Below are positions 30,096 through 39,712 of a stretch of DNA of 64,000 nucleotides, one piece after another. Numbering within the stretch: position 1 is the stretch's first letter; every line of letters starts with the position of its first letter. This stretch comes from Spirochaetia bacterium. Lineage in GTDB: Bacteria; Spirochaetota; Spirochaetia; WTKD01; G963693115. Location: the NCBI GenBank assembly GCA_965226055.1, contig CBDDCA010000006.1:64001-128000 (forward strand), written 5' to 3'. The notes under the pieces were generated by a model. The model ran no database searches. It had not been told where the DNA came from and was given only the letters and a program-made list of their open reading frames with translations. Made by a program: the position numbers and the translations under genes.

Positions 30096-31891
30096 TGCTG
30101 TATTAATTTTCTAGTATAGTATAATCCTTGCCAACCTGCACGCAAGAAAGATCGCCAAATACATTGCTGAAATATCTGTGCTTCTTTTGAAATAGTAGTA
30201 GAGGGGGCATATTGGACAGAAAGTAGATTTTTTTCAAGGGCTATCTGTAAAGCATCGTATAAAGAACAAAAGGTCCATGTTCCAAACTGCTGTTTTGCAT
30301 AAGAAACAAACGATGTTTTATGTGCAATAGTAAGCAGCAGTGGTGTTTCTTGCAATGCTGTCTCTTGCTGTGCTGTATGTAAAAAGTGTAACATATGCTT
30401 ATTATCATATACACTCTCTCTTGTAGCTATCGTATTGTCTTGTTCTAACTGCTGAGAAATGGTATCAAGTGGAAAACAACGCCATGCTGATTTCTGACAT
30501 TCATGCTGTAATGAATACAAAAACATATTTGCCTCTTTATTTATCTTTACCTCTACAAATATATCCGAGATAGTATGTGCTGCAATATGATGTATACTTG
30601 CGGTATCTTTTGCTTTGATAAGAATAGACGCTATTCTATGTGTATTATTTTTAGGCAGACAAGACATAGCTCCTGATCTGTTATGTACATATATAGCAAA
30701 GACTTTACCTTTATGATAATTACATTGATCAGGACAGTAATAGTACTTTTTATGATGGTACGTATAAAAATAATGCTGAGAAAATATGTTTGATTTTCTC
30801 ATACATGCACTAATATCTGGAGTTGTCCGAATGGCAATGATCTTGCCTGGCAGCCCCATAAATGCTCGTTCCCCAGTACTCCCGACAACAGCCGAATCTA
30901 TGGTGTTTGAAGCAAAAGATTGTGTATGAATTTTTTCTATAGCTTTTATCGGTATTGGTTTTTTTAAGGCTAATGAAACTGCTAGATGAGTTATGTTAGT
31001 TCTAAAATAATGGGGAGAAGTCCAGCCTGACATATATCCCCCTGATAATCGTGCTGCTAACTCTCCAATATAAGGCTTTCCTTTATGAAAAATAACATCA
31101 GCTTTACATACTCCTTCTTTCATTCCTAATGCGAGTACTGCTTTTTTTACTTCTTGACAGGACGCCTCTACCATCTCTTTCGGTAAAGCAGAGGGGATGC
31201 TATGGCCAAGCTCTATACAATAGGGAGAAAAATATACATGTCTGTCAGCAATGCCTAGCATATATAAAGTACCATTATACAGCAAAGCGTCAATACTAAG
31301 TTCAGGTCCCTCTAATTTTTTTTCTATAATCAAGCTATTTTTTTCTTTTGAAAACATAAGAGCATGTTCAATAGCCTCGTGTATTTGTTTATCACTGTAT
31401 ACTTTTTGTACTCCACGTGCTCCCATATTATGAATTGGTTTAAGAACTACAGGATACCCAAGTGCGTTTGCACTCTCGACATAGCTCTTACTTTTTATTG
31501 CATCTTCATTGAGTATCGTAAACTGAGGAACTGAGACTCCTGCATCCCATAACACAGTGCGCATAATATCCTTAAATACAAAGTTTCGTGCTACCTGAGG
31601 GGACAAACTAAAAAGATTACAATGCTTTGCAATTTTTGCAACAACATAACTAAAATCAGTAGCGGTAGTGACAACAGCATGTATGGTATATGAAGCATAC
31701 GAAATTTTTTGTATAATTGCTTCTGCATCACTAATATCAATATTCCAAAACACATCACAGTATGCTTTTCCTACTGCTTGAGCATTCATATCGCAGGCTA
31801 TGACAGTATACCCATGCTTTTTTATTGCAAACATAAGTGGCACTTGCATAATACCAGCACCGAGTATTAAGATTGCTTTAGAATATACCAT
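30065..31891 (-). CDS. ATP-grasp domain protein with C-terminal extension
   Basis: ILGAGIMQ, K..MR, PVVLKP...GARGV, IEK.LEGPELSID, KAD, ELAARLSG. Confidence 0.82.
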   Translation of the reverse strand: MVYSKAILILGAGIMQVPLMFAIKKHGYTVIACDMNAQAVGKAYCDVFWNIDISDAEAIIQKISYASYTIHAVVTTATDFSYVVAKIAKHCNLFSLSPQVARNFVFKDIMRTVLWDAGVSVPQFTILNEDAIKSKSYVESANALGYPVVLKPIHNMGARGVQKVYSDKQIHEAIEHALMFSKEKNSLIIEKKLEGPELSIDALLYNGTLYMLGIADRHVYFSPYCIELGHSIPSALPKEMVEASCQEVKKAVLALGMKEGVCKADVIFHKGKPYIGELAARLSGGYMSGWTSPHYFRTNITHLAVSLALKKPIPIKAIEKIHTQSFASNTIDSAVVGSTGERAFMGLPGKIIAIRTTPDISACMRKSNIFSQHYFYTYHHKKYYYCPDQCNYHKGKVFAIYVHNRSGAMSCLPKNNTHRIASILIKAKDTASIHHIAAHTISDIFVEVKINKEANMFLYSLQHECQKSAWRCFPLDTISQQLEQDNTIATRESVYDNKHMLHFLHTAQQETALQETPLLLTIAHKTSFVSYAKQQFGTWTFCSLYDALQIALEKNLLSVQYAPSTTISKEAQIFQQCIWRSFLRAGWQGLYYTRKLIQQCPQEIISYL

Positions 31892-31905
31892 ATTGTTATT
31901 ATAGC

Positions 31906-33693
31906 TTATCGTTTTATTGCATAGATTTCAAAAGTGTCCCCAAGCGTAAAAAGAGATGCCATAGGTATCCATACAGGAGAAAGTAAAAAAGAGCATGGAA
32001 ATCGTGATATATGCATTCCTGTATTGACTTTTTTCTTCACTTGAAATCCATGTTTTTTGAGAAATGCAGTTATTCCCGATGGCGTAAATAAGCTATAGTG
32101 ATCGCTGGGAGAACTTTTACAAAATTGAGCAAAATTTTTTCTTGCAGAAATTCCAGAAGCATTAGGAACAGAGATTGCCAATATACCATTTTTCTGTAAT
32201 AGGTGATATATGGCATATATAGTATGTTGTAATGTAGTAAAATGCTCTAAGGTAAACCACATACAAATTACCGATGGATTTTCCAGCTTATGATGAGATA
32301 AATAATCACATACTGTATCTTTCCATTGATTGTTACTTGCATCAGATTGAAAACAATAATGTTCTGTATTGTCTTGCATATACTGAATTGTATCTTTATT
32401 TATATCGGTCCCTACGGGAACATAGTTATGCTTACTTGCAATATCTAGCATAGCATGGTACCCTGCACCTATATCAAGTAATACTGGCTTCTTGTCCTTA
32501 TGTGTGCCTGTATGTGTTAGCATAATTTTTTGAATATGCTGTAAACGTTTTTGCATTTTCTGTTTTATATGCTTCAGATCTTCGAGGTATGTTTTGCCAT
32601 ACTGAGATTTATATTCTTTCTCAAAATAATGTGCATCATATACAGGAGAATTTCCTAAAAAGGGATATTGATACCAGTACTGTAAAGCATTGCATTTGTA
32701 TACTGACGATTCTCTAAAACGTAACACAACTTTATCGGTACGAGGACCTAAACAGGGGTTTGTGCAATGTGTGTACTGAGACATTGCAGTACTATTGTTA
32801 TCGGAATGTACCAATAAAAATCGTAAAAAACCATCTATGCTCACATTGTTATGTGGCAAAATTTTGCGACAATGTCGTACTAACGCTGCATATTCTTTTA
32901 CATCTAAATGCTTCAAAAAATGTATAAGATCTTCCCCTTGTAAAAATGATTGTGGAAGAGATACCATATCGCTGAGCTTTTGGTGATAATCACTCACATT
33001 AAGAGCAACTGTTGGGATGCCTGCTTTGAGCGCTTCAAATATGCCTAAGCCAAAGTGTGATACAAATAAATCGTAGGTATGCATCTGTTTGTAGAGAAAT
33101 ATATCGCCAAAAATAGTATGTATTCCTAATTTCTTCACTGCTGATTGCATGTTTTTATCGCTGACTGCACAAGTAAGCTGAATATATCGAGATTTGCATA
33201 CCTCATGTATTTTTTCTATATACGGAAGGCTTTTCTCATGCAGATATATGAGTATATTACGCATCAAATACGATTTTTGCTGCGATACTACAATATCAGA
33301 AGGCACCGAAAGCCCTAAATGATAATAGTTTGCTCTATGCTTAAATGTATTAGGCAAGGTATCAATAAGATAATCTGTATAGCTTCTCCCTGTTCCTCCA
33401 ATGTCAATGCCTATTGTTTTTCCAAATTGCTTCCAATGTTTTACTGCTTCTTTTGTAATAGTTTGCGTATCTAAAATTATTGATCTATAGGAAATATCAG
33501 GTTCTACAATAACTTGAGATATTGCAGGGTTGTTATTTGTATGTGTGTTTGAAAATAACTCTTCAACTTCATTATAGTATGCTTTTTCTACTAAAATATC
33601 TGAAGGCAGGCTATTTGCTATCCGAAAACAGCGAATTAAATGCCCTATGCCTGATGTAGAGGTAAAATGCGGAACAAGTAATTGTTTTTCCAT
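31906..33693 (-). CDS. PseG/SpsG-like glycosyltransferase-fold domain fused to a class I SAM methyltransferase
   Basis: N-terminal GIGHLIRC and SHFGL..FEAL..GIP; C-terminal YF..EY..QYGKTYLED, LLDIGAGY, TLEH, SVPN. Confidence 0.7.
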   Translation of the reverse strand: MEKQLLVPHFTSTSGIGHLIRCFRIANSLPSDILVEKAYYNEVEELFSNTHTNNNPAISQVIVEPDISYRSIILDTQTITKEAVKHWKQFGKTIGIDIGGTGRSYTDYLIDTLPNTFKHRANYYHLGLSVPSDIVVSQQKSYLMRNILIYLHEKSLPYIEKIHEVCKSRYIQLTCAVSDKNMQSAVKKLGIHTIFGDIFLYKQMHTYDLFVSHFGLGIFEALKAGIPTVALNVSDYHQKLSDMVSLPQSFLQGEDLIHFLKHLDVKEYAALVRHCRKILPHNNVSIDGFLRFLLVHSDNNSTAMSQYTHCTNPCLGPRTDKVVLRFRESSVYKCNALQYWYQYPFLGNSPVYDAHYFEKEYKSQYGKTYLEDLKHIKQKMQKRLQHIQKIMLTHTGTHKDKKPVLLDIGAGYHAMLDIASKHNYVPVGTDINKDTIQYMQDNTEHYCFQSDASNNQWKDTVCDYLSHHKLENPSVICMWFTLEHFTTLQHTIYAIYHLLQKNGILAISVPNASGISARKNFAQFCKSSPSDHYSLFTPSGITAFLKKHGFQVKKKVNTGMHISRFPCSFLLSPVWIPMASLFTLGDTFEIYAIKR

Positions 33694-33769
33694 CGATTAC
33701 ATTATAATCTAGTTTCATAAGAATGTATACAAGTACCTACATATCTATGCCATATAGAGAGATATAGCA

Positions 33770-33796
33770 AAAAGAGAGTGCTATGCACTCTCTTTT
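33770..33796 (-). terminator. Intrinsic terminator of the giant lipoprotein gene
   Basis: aaaagagagtgc-tat-gcactctctttt, perfect inverted repeat 14 nt past the stop. Confidence 0.82.
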
Positions 33797-33810
33797 AGCC
33801 CTCTTTTTCA

Positions 33811-36800
33811 TTATGAGGTACATGCTGGATCATTTTGATCCTTTGGGTACTTTGCTGTTTTTCCATCCATAGCTGAATTTTTAAAAGTACCACTCAATAT
33901 TGATGCTTTACATAATCTCCACGATGATAAATCTTGATCAAATTTACGAGCCTCTCTAAACATATTGTATATAATAGTAACATTCTGTACATCCCAATCT
34001 CCTATGTCTTGATTAAAAACAGATGCACTGTTGAACATACTATTCATAAGAGTAACCTTACTCATATCCCAATCTCCTATATCTTGATTAAAAGCAGATG
34101 CCAAAGTAAACATATTAGTCACATTAGTAACCTTACCCGTATCCCAATTTCCTATATCTTGATTAAAGACAGTAGCAGAATCAAACATAGCACCTGTATT
34201 CGTTACATTGCTGGTGTTCCACTGTGTTATGTCTCCATTAAAAGTACTATCTCCACTAAATAAACTACTCATATCAGTAATGGCACTGGTATCTATCATG
34301 TTGAGGTTGGGGCTATTAGTGTTTTGTCTCCCTGCTCCTCTTTCTGCAGTGATAATATCTTGTAGTGCTTTCTTTGTCGTTGGTCTGTAATAAGTAGCTA
34401 CTTGTCCTGCTAGTTTCACCAGTCCTGTCTCTACATTGATAGTCGCAAGTACTTTTCCTCCCGAATAGCCCCCTGAAGTAATTGTACATAGTACTACTCC
34501 ATAGTTATACTCAGTTATAGCTGTATCATGTATGTTTGATTTATTTGCTGTGCCTATTATTGTTACTGTATTGGTATTTTTTGCAAATGTTACTGTTAGG
34601 CCTGTTTCTTCTTTGAGTGTGCTGTCATCTAAGATGCTTTCATCACAGGTAAAGGTAAGTCCACTAGGACTGATACTGGTAAGTACTCTCGTTGTATTTT
34701 GTGCGAGTGCTGTGCCTACTGTTGCTGATACCTTTGTGGCATTTCCTATCACTACTGCTTGCGTACTGGCAGATACTGCTGTTGCTTCTGCTGATACTTT
34801 TGTCTTTTTGAGGCTGTTCACTGCTACTGCGGTGATATAGTACTTTGTATTCAATCGTAGATTGCTTATTGTATAGCTTGTTGCTCCTGTTGGTACATCG
34901 TCTTTTTCTGCTCCTTCTTGTGCATCGCTTGCTGCTTTTGCCTGTGTTTTTACTGTTGCTCCATCTATGTTTGTTTTTGAGGCTGCATAGTATACTATAT
35001 AATCTATTTGATTATCTCTTAAATTAGTCGTTCCATCTTCTGTCGTTCCTTTTACGGTTGGGGCTGTTATGGTAAGTACTATGGTTACCCCTTGTGCATT
35101 TGCTTGTATGGTGGGCTTTCCTGGTGTGGCATAGGCTTCTTTTGCGATAAACTCCTTGCGTTCTCCTGTTGCTTCTTTGTTGGTATCGGTGCTGTTTACT
35201 GCTTGTACTACTATTTCGTAGCTTGTGCCTACTGTCAATCCTGTCAGAGTGCTGTTGGTTGTATCTGCTGCTACTGTTGTGGAGCTTCCTGCTGCTGTTT
35301 TTATTTGTGCTACTGTCCTTGTTGTACTGCCATTTTTAGCTACTTTGTATACTTTGTACGATACTTGTGCTGTTGTTAGGGTAGCTCCTTTATTTGTTTT
35401 GTGGCTTGCACTGAGGCTGGGAGCTGTCCATGATAGCCTTGCACTCCCTCCTGTTACTCCTCCTACTTGTATGCTACTTACTTCTGCGGGAGCTGTCGCT
35501 TGTGATGCGGTTGTTACACTTGCCACTGTTGAGGATGCTACTTTCTTGCTAGGGTCTGTTTTTATTGCTACTTCTACCACAAAGTAGTATTTTGTCGCTC
35601 CTTTTACTGCTACTACTGGTGCTGTGTCTGATGATAAGCCTAAACTCGCAAGGGCTTGTACTGTGTACACTCCGCTACTTGCACTGCCTAGGTTTACTTT
35701 TCTGCCTGCAAGTACTTCTGCTACTGTAGGGTTAGTGTCTTTCTGTAAGCCATACACTGTGTATACTAGCTGATTACTAGCGGTTATGTTTGTGCCATCG
35801 TAGTCTTTTGCTCCTGTAAATGTGCTTAGCTCGGTAAGTACCAGCTTTATTGTGCCTGCTGTGTTTGTTGACTGTGATACTACCAACTTTCCTGTGAGTA
35901 ATGACTGGCTGGGTGCTACTGCTTTGGAAGTATAGATTTCCTTTATTTCTGTTACATCGGTGTAAAAGCCTGCAGGAAAGAGCTTGTCGCTATTTGTTGC
36001 ATCGTAATTGGGGGATGTCGTGTTTACTATCCTTACTCCTATGTAGTAGTCTTTTGCTGTTTCTATGGGCGTTGCTCCTGCATTGCTTCCACTGGTGCTG
36101 TCTACTATTGCTATGGATATTGTGTCCTGAGTTGTTCCTGTTGCTTTTGTGTATTTTGCTACTCTCGTACTGCTCTTTTCTGTTGCCCATAGTGCTGATA
36201 CGCTGGCTGGCTTTCCTGTGGTATCTTCTTTCTTGAGGTATAGCACATAGTAGGCAAGGTCTGTTGCTGCAAGGGCATTGCCATTTGCCTTGCTCACTCC
36301 TGCTATAGCTGAGGCATTTACTTGCACTGTTATGACTTTTTTCCCTCTATTGCTTCCTGTTGTAGGCACTGCAAATACTACTGCATTACTGTTAGTGTAG
36401 GTGGTGCTTTTTGGGGTATTTGGTGGTGCAGTAAGTGTTGCTTTCTTTATTGTTACTGATGCTCCTGTACTATACGAGGGATTGAGGCTGTTTATCGCTT
36501 CTACTCCTGCGGTATAGTCTGCTCCTTTTGTTCCTATAAATGTTGCTTTTAATGGAGTGCTGTTTCCCGCTAGCTCCCGTGTTTGTACTCCTGCAAGGGC
36601 TTTTATTTCGTCTAGTGTCTTTGTGCTGTGGTCTCCTGCTGCTATGTATACTTTGTACTGTATTTGTGCTTGCGTGAGTTTTGCTCCACTGGGTGCTTTG
36701 TTATCATTGGTAATGTCTCCTGCACTAAATGTATAGACTGCTTTTGCAGTTGTTTGGGTTACTGACTCTATGGAGAGCTTTGCATCTTTGGGAACGGGCG

Positions 36801-38901
36801 GTGCTGTCGAGGTGCTATCGTATACTGCTACTGCATCACTCAGCGCGGTTACGGGGCTTACTCTGTTATTTGCTATTTGCAGAAAATCAAAGCGATAATT
36901 CTTGGCATTTGCTTGGCTCTTGGGTACTTCTACGCCATCTGCTATGCCAAAGCTAATGGTGGTTGCTGTGTTTGTTATGCTTTTTTCTGCTATTAAGGTA
37001 GCTCCATCTTTCATACGCAAAGTATAGTATCGTCCTATGCCTGGAGCTTGCTTAAAAGTTGCTTTTATTTGTATTGCTCCTGTTTTGTCAAGGGTAGGCT
37101 TGCTTTGAAAGAGATCCTCTGAGGGAGCTGTGAGTGAGTTGGGGGTGGTTATATCTTTTGTTGCTTGGGTGCTTTTGTTTTCTGAGTAATCAAGCGTGAG
37201 TATTGTTATGGTGTATGTTTTTCCTTGCACAAGTTCTTCGACAGAGAGTGAGTTTGTAGGATAAGCTACTTTTTTCTCATTTACTACTGTGGTGCTTGTG
37301 CCTTTCTCTGCTATGCTTATACTGTATTCTTTTATGTCTTTGTTATTGGCTTTTGTTGTATCAGGTGCTGTCCATGTTATCTGTGTGCCTATCTTTGCTG
37401 CTGATACAAAAGGATAGCTTGCTTGTATGTTTGTCACTGCATCGGGGGCGGTGCTATCTGCTTCTGTGCTGACTGTGACTGTTGCTTCTGTTCCTTTGTT
37501 GCCTGCACTGTCCATTGATACGACTGCCACTGTATACTCGATGGTGGCTTTGAGGCCTGGTATCTGTGTATTGCGTACTGTTCTCTCTGTTATTGTTACT
37601 GTCTTTGCTGCTGTTGTGCTGTCCTTTTCTGTTGCTGTTATAGTCACTCCTGCGTAGTCTCGTACATCGGGGGCTTGCCAGCCTACTACTATGCTTGTTG
37701 CTCCTCCTGTGGCACTTACATTGCTTACAGGCTCTGTACTTTTGTCTGTTGTTGCTTGTTCTTTTGACACTGCAGTGGAGTACTTTCCGTTTTTAAAAAC
37801 ATACACTTCTACTTTGTAGGTAAGCGTGCCATAGAGTTTTGTGAGTGCTATGCCATCCTTTGCTACATACACAGTGGCATATTCTTGGTTGTCTGCACTT
37901 GCTCCGCTGACATTGGTTGCACTTGTATCTTTGTCTATTGTCTCCTCTGCTACTACTGTATTTGTTGCAGTTGCTATCACTCGTACTTGGAGGCTTTTTT
38001 CTGTACTTCCTGTTCCAAAATCAAAACTCCCCCACTTGATAAGCAGGCTTTCATCGGCTGGACTATTGCTTTTATCGTTTGCTGTTACTGTAAGGTCTGA
38101 TGCGGAAAGTGGCGTTACTGTTTGCGAGAGTGCTGATGGCACTATGCCTCTGAGTGCTTGCTTTGCCGTGCTTTTGTTACCGTTGCTATCTTTGTACACT
38201 ACTACTATATCATAGCTGATGCCATCTATAGTGGGGACAGCAATGCTCACCTCTCCTTGTGTTACATCTTGTACTGATACTTCTGTCTTTACCCCAGTAG
38301 TTCTTTCTATCACCTGTATTGTGGCTTCGGCTATGTCTGTTTTGCCTGACGAGAGCAGTGCTTTGTCCCATGTTAGCTTTATGCCATTTGTTGCTGATTC
38401 TACTGCTACCTGTGTAAAGGTGTCCTGTGGTGCAGTTTCATCGGTCAGTGTTGTCACAGAGCGGGTTGTTTTTGGTGATACTTCTGTGTCTGAGCCTGAG
38501 TCTGATTTTTGGGCTTCTATCTCTACTGTATAATCGGTAGTAGCATGTAAGCCTCTGAGGGTGTAGGGTCTGTTTTGTTGAAACAATGCACGATATTCTA
38601 TTGCAGGAACACGCACTTCTATTGATTGTGCTGGTGCGGTAGATGTAGCTTTTACGACTACATGCGTAGCTTCGCTTGGAGCTTGCCAGCGTAACGAAAG
38701 TGTCCCATCGTTGCCTGCTGCTTGTATCTGCACATTGGACACTGATGCGAGTGTCGGGGTTACTGGCGTTCCCCCTCCGCCTGAGGAACTGCTACTGCTC
38801 TCTGCACATCCTACGAGTACGAGGGTAGTCATTGCTAGCACTGCTAGTATAGTTAGGTTTTGCTTACTTTGTAGCTTACTATTTAGATGATATTTTTTCA
38901 T
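33811..38901 (-). CDS. 1696-aa surface lipoprotein: fibronectin type III stalk and C-terminal BspA/DUF285 repeat domain
   Basis: Lipobox LVGC and Ser/Gly linker; many FN3 signatures (W.AP...Y...L..GT.Y...V.A); C-terminal 25-aa repeats FNQDIG.WD.S.VT.M..MF. Confidence 0.88.
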   Translation of the reverse strand: MKKYHLNSKLQSKQNLTILAVLAMTTLVLVGCAESSSSSSGGGGTPVTPTLASVSNVQIQAAGNDGTLSLRWQAPSEATHVVVKATSTAPAQSIEVRVPAIEYRALFQQNRPYTLRGLHATTDYTVEIEAQKSDSGSDTEVSPKTTRSVTTLTDETAPQDTFTQVAVESATNGIKLTWDKALLSSGKTDIAEATIQVIERTTGVKTEVSVQDVTQGEVSIAVPTIDGISYDIVVVYKDSNGNKSTAKQALRGIVPSALSQTVTPLSASDLTVTANDKSNSPADESLLIKWGSFDFGTGSTEKSLQVRVIATATNTVVAEETIDKDTSATNVSGASADNQEYATVYVAKDGIALTKLYGTLTYKVEVYVFKNGKYSTAVSKEQATTDKSTEPVSNVSATGGATSIVVGWQAPDVRDYAGVTITATEKDSTTAAKTVTITERTVRNTQIPGLKATIEYTVAVVSMDSAGNKGTEATVTVSTEADSTAPDAVTNIQASYPFVSAAKIGTQITWTAPDTTKANNKDIKEYSISIAEKGTSTTVVNEKKVAYPTNSLSVEELVQGKTYTITILTLDYSENKSTQATKDITTPNSLTAPSEDLFQSKPTLDKTGAIQIKATFKQAPGIGRYYTLRMKDGATLIAEKSITNTATTISFGIADGVEVPKSQANAKNYRFDFLQIANNRVSPVTALSDAVAVYDSTSTAPPVPKDAKLSIESVTQTTAKAVYTFSAGDITNDNKAPSGAKLTQAQIQYKVYIAAGDHSTKTLDEIKALAGVQTRELAGNSTPLKATFIGTKGADYTAGVEAINSLNPSYSTGASVTIKKATLTAPPNTPKSTTYTNSNAVVFAVPTTGSNRGKKVITVQVNASAIAGVSKANGNALAATDLAYYVLYLKKEDTTGKPASVSALWATEKSSTRVAKYTKATGTTQDTISIAIVDSTSGSNAGATPIETAKDYYIGVRIVNTTSPNYDATNSDKLFPAGFYTDVTEIKEIYTSKAVAPSQSLLTGKLVVSQSTNTAGTIKLVLTELSTFTGAKDYDGTNITASNQLVYTVYGLQKDTNPTVAEVLAGRKVNLGSASSGVYTVQALASLGLSSDTAPVVAVKGATKYYFVVEVAIKTDPSKKVASSTVASVTTASQATAPAEVSSIQVGGVTGGSARLSWTAPSLSASHKTNKGATLTTAQVSYKVYKVAKNGSTTRTVAQIKTAAGSSTTVAADTTNSTLTGLTVGTSYEIVVQAVNSTDTNKEATGERKEFIAKEAYATPGKPTIQANAQGVTIVLTITAPTVKGTTEDGTTNLRDNQIDYIVYYAASKTNIDGATVKTQAKAASDAQEGAEKDDVPTGATSYTISNLRLNTKYYITAVAVNSLKKTKVSAEATAVSASTQAVVIGNATKVSATVGTALAQNTTRVLTSISPSGLTFTCDESILDDSTLKEETGLTVTFAKNTNTVTIIGTANKSNIHDTAITEYNYGVVLCTITSGGYSGGKVLATINVETGLVKLAGQVATYYRPTTKKALQDIITAERGAGRQNTNSPNLNMIDTSAITDMSSLFSGDSTFNGDITQWNTSNVTNTGAMFDSATVFNQDIGNWDTGKVTNVTNMFTLASAFNQDIGDWDMSKVTLMNSMFNSASVFNQDIGDWDVQNVTIIYNMFREARKFDQDLSSWRLCKASILSGTFKNSAMDGKTAKYPKDQNDPACTS

Positions 38902-38997
38902 AATGTTCTCCTTGTTGGTATCTCTATTGTGTAATTATCATTACACCTAAGCATCATTATAGTACAAATACTATTTTTTGTGGTTTATCTGAAAATT

Positions 38998-39013
38998 AAA
39001 AAAAAAAAAAAAA
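38998..39013. repeat. A16/T16 homopolymer upstream of the lipoprotein promoter
   Basis: 16 consecutive A on the + strand, about 100 nt upstream of the ATG at 38901. It is the longest homopolymer I saw in the window. Confidence 0.9.
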
Positions 39014-39124
39014 TGGGATGAAATACACAAAAATGTACAGCGAAATGTGATAATAATGCTATATTTATCTTTACGAAAATAAGGATACCATACTATAAAT
39101 TATAGTTAGTATGATATGTACTCA

Positions 39125-39712
39125 TTACCCTACTAGCACTTCTTTCAATTCAAGTTCTCCTAATACCCCTAATGCATCAATACACTTGAGCAGCAGCTTT
39201 CTTGTATGATGTGAATCTTCAAGAGCACGGTGAAATGTATCTCCTCCTAAATTAAGCTGTTCAATAAGAAATCCTAGTTTATACTGATAAAGATTAGGAA
39301 AGGCTTTTCTTGATAAACTGACAGTATCAACAAGAGGAATATTAGTAATAGTAGGCAATTTTATTCTTGTAAGTGCAACATTTAAGAAGCGTATATCAAA
39401 ATCTATGTTATGTGCTACTAACACGGTATCTTTAATAAAACTCATAAACAGAGGAATTACCACTTCTATAGGATCAGCATTTTTTACCATATCATTGGTA
39501 ATACCGTGTACCTTACTACTCATATCAGAAATATCCACTGGAGGTTTAATTAAATGCTGAAAAGTATCTATTTCACGTTCTGTATTAAATTTAATAGCAC
39601 CTATTTCTATAATATGCTCGGTACTTTCATCAAACCCCGTTGTCTCGACATCAAAAACAACATATTCTACAGAATGCACAGAATCATTAGGACTAATAAC
39701 TACACTAGCCAT
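39125..39712 (-). CDS. DEDDh 3'-5' exonuclease (DnaQ/PolC-type)
   Basis: VFDVETTG, IIEIGA, HGIT, VAHNIDFD, HRALED. Confidence 0.92.
   Translation of the reverse strand: MASVVISPNDSVHSVEYVVFDVETTGFDESTEHIIEIGAIKFNTEREIDTFQHLIKPPVDISDMSSKVHGITNDMVKNADPIEVVIPLFMSFIKDTVLVAHNIDFDIRFLNVALTRIKLPTITNIPLVDTVSLSRKAFPNLYQYKLGFLIEQLNLGGDTFHRALEDSHHTRKLLLKCIDALGVLGELELKEVLVG

Noticed and set aside
33811-34400. DUF285 tip as a diversity-generating retroelement target
   Set aside because: No reverse transcriptase or template repeat is visible in the window, and the 75-bp repeats are explained by the protein repeat.
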